Assembly: GCA_028286725.1 (NCBI GenBank)
Contig: JAQBQZ010000012.1
Coordinates: forward strand, 5,562-69,561
Reading direction: 5' to 3'
From: Candidatus Tayloriibacteriota bacterium
GTDB taxonomy: Bacteria; Patescibacteriota; Minisyncoccia; Phycocordibacterales; CAIRYW01
Length of the DNA stretch: 64,000 nt
Under the pieces are notes generated by a model. That model saw nothing but the letters and a program-made list of their open reading frames with translations, was not told where the DNA came from and did no database searches. Below, piece after piece: positions 59,215-64,000 of the stretch; position 1 is the stretch's first letter; every line of letters starts with the position of its first letter. The translations under genes were made by a program, and so were the position numbers.

Positions 59215-59293
59215 GTTTAAAGTGTTATTTATATAGATGTAGTATAACATCAAGGAAGATAAAGAAAAAACACCCTTAATCTAAAATGATCTC

Positions 59294-59603
59294 GGCGATT
59301 ACCTACCCTATTGTCTGTTCGCAAGCCTGTCTGCCGACAGGCAGGCTCACAACGACAATTTGCTCCGCAACCGGAGAAAATACGAGCGATTACCTACTTT
59401 CTCCCTACGGGAGCAGTATACCTTTTGGATAAAATTTTCTTAAAATCAATTTTATCTCAAAAGCTTCTAATGTTGGGTCCCAACCCAACATTAGCCTCCA
59501 TAGAAGCTCAGTAATACAGAAAAAGGCAATCGAACAGATAGCAAAGTTTTTAATATACAAAAAAAGCGCCCATTGGGCGCTTTTTTTTGTATATTAAAAA
59601 CTT
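59294..59603. repeat. Structured region with partial copies of the 5S rRNA 3' end and a long hairpin
   Basis: gcgattacctac copies at 59295-59306 and 59386-59397; hairpin at about 59544-59604; 20-nt palindrome at 59326-59345. Confidence 0.65.
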
Positions 59604-59716
59604 TGTGCTGGCGATTACCTACTTTCCCCTCCATAGAGTATCATCGGTACTACGAGGCTTAACTTCTGAGTTCGGAATGAGATCAGGTGTGGCCCTCGCG
59701 TCAAATCACCAACACA
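59604..59716 (-). rRNA. rrf: 5S rRNA
   Basis: CACCTGATCTCATTCCGAACTCAGAAGTTAAG and GTAGGT motifs; terminal helix TGTGTTGG/CCAGCACA. Confidence 0.93.
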
Positions 59717-60145
59717 AAATTTTCAATTTTGTTTGTTAACTTCATTTATTCAAAAGCAAGAGATCTTTCAATCTCACGAAGCAGAAACAATTTAAACATA
59801 AAATTGTATCTCTTAATCAATAGAATCTTTAAATTCTATTTGATTTTCACATTTCCTAATAGGAATCGAACATTAGTACACCTCGACTTAAACGATTACT
59901 CGCCTTACATCTAGTGCCTATCAACGTGATCATCTCTCACGAGTCTCAAACGATTCCTAATCTTAAGGTTGGCTTCGCTCTTAGATGCTTTCAGAGCTTA
60001 TCCAATCCCGACATAGCTACGGAGCGGTGCCACTGGCGTGACAGCTCCCAGACCAGAGGTCAGTTCATCCCGGTCCTCTCGTACTAGGGACAAATCCTTT
60101 CAAGAATCAACGCCTGCAGTAGATAGGAGACCAACCTGTCTCACG

Positions 60146-60565
60146 CTTATGTTCACAAATTTTACTTTGTTACGACTCAAATTACTTTGAGGTTCGGACT
60201 ATATCTTCATCTTTCCTTGCGGATTCAGATGGCTTACTTGTAGTCTCTACGAGCCTCCATACATTTAAATATTTAAACTTTTAAATATAAGGTGTTCTCT
60301 CGGTATTGTCCTCAACATCACTTGTAGGATTTCACCGATATTAGTAAGCGAGTTTATATATGTTTCCATATACAACCGCCGTGATTCATTTTACATAATA
60401 AATATGTATCTTTGGTTCCAACAAATTAATCTATACTCTAGAATTAATTTTTTTTGTATCTCTATAATTTTCTTTTTCAATATAACAGTCTAAGTTCATT
60501 TGTATGTACTTATATTTTTGTCTCGTGGGATTCAGACTGTCCAAAAGATGATAATCATCTCCTAG
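60146..60565 (-). ncRNA. Group I intron at 23S position L2593 (E. coli numbering)
   Basis: Inserted in GACCGU|CGUGAGA and ends in G; R element CGUAGAGACUAC, S element AAGAUAUAGUCC, IGS UCACG-GCGGUU. Confidence 0.92.
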
Positions 60566-61230
60566 ACGGTCTGAACCCAGCTCGCGTATCTTTTTAATTG
60601 GCGAACAGCCAAACCCTTGGGACCTTCTCCAGCCCCAGGATAAGATGAGCCGACATCGAGGTGCCGAACTCCGCCGTCGATATGGACTCTTAGGCGGAAC
60701 TAGCCTGTTATCCCCAGAGTAGCTTTTGTCCGATAATCTCCCACCGCATCTAATGCGAATGGTCGGTTCACTATGTTCTGCTTTCGCATCTGCTCGACAT
60801 GTTCGTCTTGCAGTCAAGCCAGCTTATGCCATTGCACTATCGGCACGGTTTCCATTCGCGCCTAGCTGACCTTAATAAACTCCTCCGTTACTTTTTGGGA
60901 GGATAGCGCCCCACTAAAACTGCCCATCAGATACTGTCTCTCGTGGTTTTTGCCCACGAGGTTAGAGAATACACTGTCACAGATGGCTATTTCACTTTCG
61001 AGTAGAGTACAACCGAAATCGTACACATCAAACCTCTCGCCACTATTCTACGCAGTAAAAACGTACCCTCAATATCAAATTGCAGTAAAGCTTCTGGGGT
61101 CTTTTCGTCTAACTGCAGGTAACCGGCATCTTCACCGGTACTGTATTTTCACCGAGCAAGTCCTCGAGACAGTTCCCCAGTCATTACACCATTCGTGCGC
61201 GTCTGAACTTACCAGACAAGGAATTTCGCT

Positions 61231-61455
61231 CAACTATTCCTCTAAGTTGGACTCTAACTTTATCCTTTCTTACTTTCGTAAGAAGTGGGACATATGGCGT
61301 TGGTACGCTTGTTAACCATCATTGGACTAATTATATGTATTACTACAATATAGGTAGCTTTTTTTGTGTAATCTAACTGTTTTCATTCATTCAACTTGTT
61401 TACTTTTTTCTACAACAGTCCCAGTCCTTGCACCACTCAATAAATGAGTAGCACA
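61231..61455 (-). ncRNA. Atypical 225-nt group I-like intron at 23S position L1931
   Basis: Inserted in CCUAAGGU|AGCGAAAU and ends in G; S-like AAGUUAGAGUCC; R-like GUGCAAGGACUG near the 5' end. Confidence 0.75.
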
Positions 61456-61490
<35 letters not shown>

Positions 61491-62903
61491 CAGGGCTTAT
61501 AACAGTCAGCTTGATATAATCGCACCGCCGTTATTTGACCTTCTGGCATTGGTCAGGTGTCACCCCCTATACATCCTCTTACGAGTTCGCAGGGAGCTGT
61601 GTTTTTGGTAAACAGTTGCCAGGGATACTTTAGCTGCGGCCTCCTAAATAAATAGGAGGCAAGCCTTATTCCGAAGTTACGGCTGCTTTTTTGCCGAGTT
61701 CCTTGAGGACATCTCACTCGTTCGTCTTGGTCTACTCGACCTGATCACCTGTGTCGGTTTGCGGTACGGATTGCTTATGGTTATGCTTAGAAATTTTTCT
61801 CGGAAGCGTGCTTTATAGACTTCACTGTATTGCTACAGCTTACATTACAATCTTGGAATTTGCTTTAAACACAGGGCGGATTTTCCTACCCTGATTCCTT
61901 AAAATAAACACGACAATCCAATAAGTCGCTCTATATACTACCCTTCGTCCTTCCATCGCACCATAAGCAAGTTACGGAATATTAACCGTATGTCCATCGA
62001 GTTCGACTTTCGTCATCCCCTTAGGACCGACTAACCCTTGGCTGATCTTCATCGCCAAGGAAACCTTGATCTTTCGACGTGAAGGTATCTCACCTTCATT
62101 GTGGTTACTTGTGCCAACATTCTTACTTCGTAACGCTCCAGCATGGCTCACGCCTTTGCCTTCACAGCAGATACGAATACTCTCCTACCGCTCCATTTTT
62201 CCGGAGAAAAATAAAGCCCTCAATTTCGGTACAATGCTTAGCCCCGATTATCTTTGGCGCAGAATCTCTAAGTGAGTGAGCTGTTACGCTATCTTTAAAG
62301 GATGGCTGCTTCTAAGCCAACCTCCTCAGTGTCTGAGAAATTCCACCACCTTATGATGCACTTAGCATTAATTTAGGGACCTTAATTTGAGATCTAGGGC
62401 TGTTTCCCTTTTGACCAGTGTAGCTTAGCCCACACGGTCTAACTGCCATACTTTTAATTTCTGGTATTCGGAGTTTGATAGGACCCACGAGATTTCTCCC
62501 TGTTGGGTCCTTCCAGTGCTCTACCCCCAGAAGGAACATATGACGCTAACCCAAAAGCTATTTCGGAGAGAACCAGCTATTACCAGGCTCGATTAGCTTT
62601 TCACTTCTTACCACAAGTCATCCGAATGCGTTGAACGACATAACGGTTCGGGCCTCCCTTTTGATTTCTCAAAAGTTCACCCTGCTCATGGCAAGCTCGC
62701 TCTGGCTTCGGGTCTAATGTGTACAACTTATTCGCGCTATTAACACTCGGTTTCCCTACGACTCCATCCTCTCGGACTTAGCCATGCTGCACACATTAAC
62801 TCGTTGGCTCATTCTTCAATAGGCACGCCGTGACGGGACAATAAATTGCCCGCTCCGACTCCTTGTAAGCATATGGTTTCAGATCTATTTCACTCCCCTC
62901 AAC

Positions 62904-62949
<46 letters not shown>

Positions 62950-63679
62950 TTGTATAATATTTAGCCTTACCGGTTAGTTCCGGCAGATTCCCCCGAGCCA
63001 TTCGTGTCTCGAGGTACTCAAGAGTAACAATAAAAGATCTTTTGTTTTCGGATACGGGACTATTACCCACTGCGGTTTTGCTTTCCAGCAAATTCTCCTA
63101 ACAAAAAATTTTGTAACTTTTCTGTAATAAATACAATTTGTTATCTTACAACCCCATTCACATCACGCGAAACATGAAATCGAAAAATCGAAATCACACT
63201 CCACGTGATGCAAACGGTTTGGGCTTCTTCGTTTTCGCTCGCCGCTACTAACGAAATACTTATTAGTTTCTATTCCTCTGGGTACTGAAATGTTTTACTT
63301 CCCCAGGTATGCATCTAAGCTTACGCTATAGATAGTCAGTAAACTGACTGAGTTTCCTCATTCGGAGATCGACGGGTCGAAGGTTGCTTGGCACCTCACC
63401 GTCGCTTATCGCAGCTTTACTACGTCCTTCATCGCTTATACAAGCCAAGGCATCCACCATATGCTCTTACTTTCCTATTAGGAAATGTAAAAACCACAAT
63501 TCTATGTTTACTTATTTTTGTTTGCTTGCTTTGAATAAAAATATCTTTCGATATTTTTATTTTGCTTTTGAATTCTGTCTCCGCAAGAAAAGACCTCCAA
63601 TTCATTATTTTCACCGGGCGGTGAAAAAACAAAAAGTGCGGGACAGCATGAAGTTTTCAAATTACACTCGCTCGGTATC

Positions 63680-63704
63680 AAAAAACCGCTCTAACAAAGC
63701 GGTT
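63680..63704 (-). terminator. Terminator-like hairpin in the rRNA leader
   Basis: AACCGCT-TTGTTAG-AGCGGTT-TTTT on the minus strand, downstream of the promoter. Confidence 0.7.
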
Positions 63705-63731
63705 CGGACAAGGCCATCACTGGCTTTATCT

Positions 63732-63767
63732 TTATGCCGCTGTAGTTGGGTGGTTTCTTGTATTCAT
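63732..63767 (-). CDS. Putative rRNA leader peptide MNTRNHPTTAA
   Basis: 11-aa ORF starting a few nt after the predicted transcription start. Confidence 0.5.
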   Translation of the reverse strand: MNTRNHPTTAA

Positions 63768-63780
63768 TAAGTATTGGCAT

Positions 63781-63808
63781 ATTATACTCGTATTGGATTA
63801 GAAGTCAA
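63781..63808 (-). promoter_or_regulatory. Sigma70 promoter of the 23S-5S unit
   Basis: TTGACT-16 nt-TATAAT. Confidence 0.8.
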
Positions 63809-63861
63809 ATGATTATTGGGTATCGGATTTTGGGGGCCAAATTGAGCACAAAATAGAGCAA

Positions 63862-63892
63862 AATGCCCCGAAGCCTACGGCTTCGGGGCATT
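63862..63892. terminator. Hairpin upstream of the rRNA promoter
   Basis: aatgccccgaagcc-tac-ggcttcggggcatt. Confidence 0.7.
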
Positions 63893-64000
63893 CCCATTTT
63901 GGTCACTTTTACCTCAAAATCTCAATTAAAAACTATTCAGACAAACCAATTTTGTTGAGTACAACCCTGTGTGAAAAATCAAACACATCTCGAACAAGTT

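Noticed and set aside
63570-63600. TTCTTGCGGAGA in the rRNA leader as a remnant of a deleted 16S 5' end
   Set aside because: The match is too short and is not followed by GTTTGATC.

Overview
Low-GC chromosomal segment that looks like a Patescibacteria/CPR (Parcubacteria-like) genome read in genetic code 11. Contents: a ~12.5 kb type IV pilus cluster (pilM-N-O-X-pilB-response regulator-pilT-pilC-pilins-pilD-minor pilins) beside comF; FN3 surface proteins; a MarR/EmrAB-like efflux unit; nfi, csaA and proB; a CsoR-controlled copper cassette; a thioredoxin-dsbB-recG run; arginase; ftsH; tmRNA; secDF; glycosylation genes; a giant Cys-rich pilin; rodA; and a 23S-5S rRNA unit with its own promoter, no adjacent 16S and two insertions (L2593, L1931). 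The three tRNAs are Ser(ACT), Ser(GCT) and Ile(TAT); two anticodons are unusual for bacteria. The most notable signals are non-coding: (1) a family of ~180-205 nt structured elements downstream of tRNA-Ser(ACT), tRNA-Ser(GCT) and tmRNA, sharing one scaffold while their arms match the 3' end of the neighbouring RNA gene; (2) a short leader ORF plus terminator in the rRNA leader, suggesting translation-sensing attenuation of rRNA synthesis; (3) an apparently internally rearranged group I-like intron at L1931; (4) a proline-codon attenuator upstream of proB; (5) an in-frame MITE-like insert at a prepilin cleavage site. All calls were made by eye, without database searches, so novelty is unverified.
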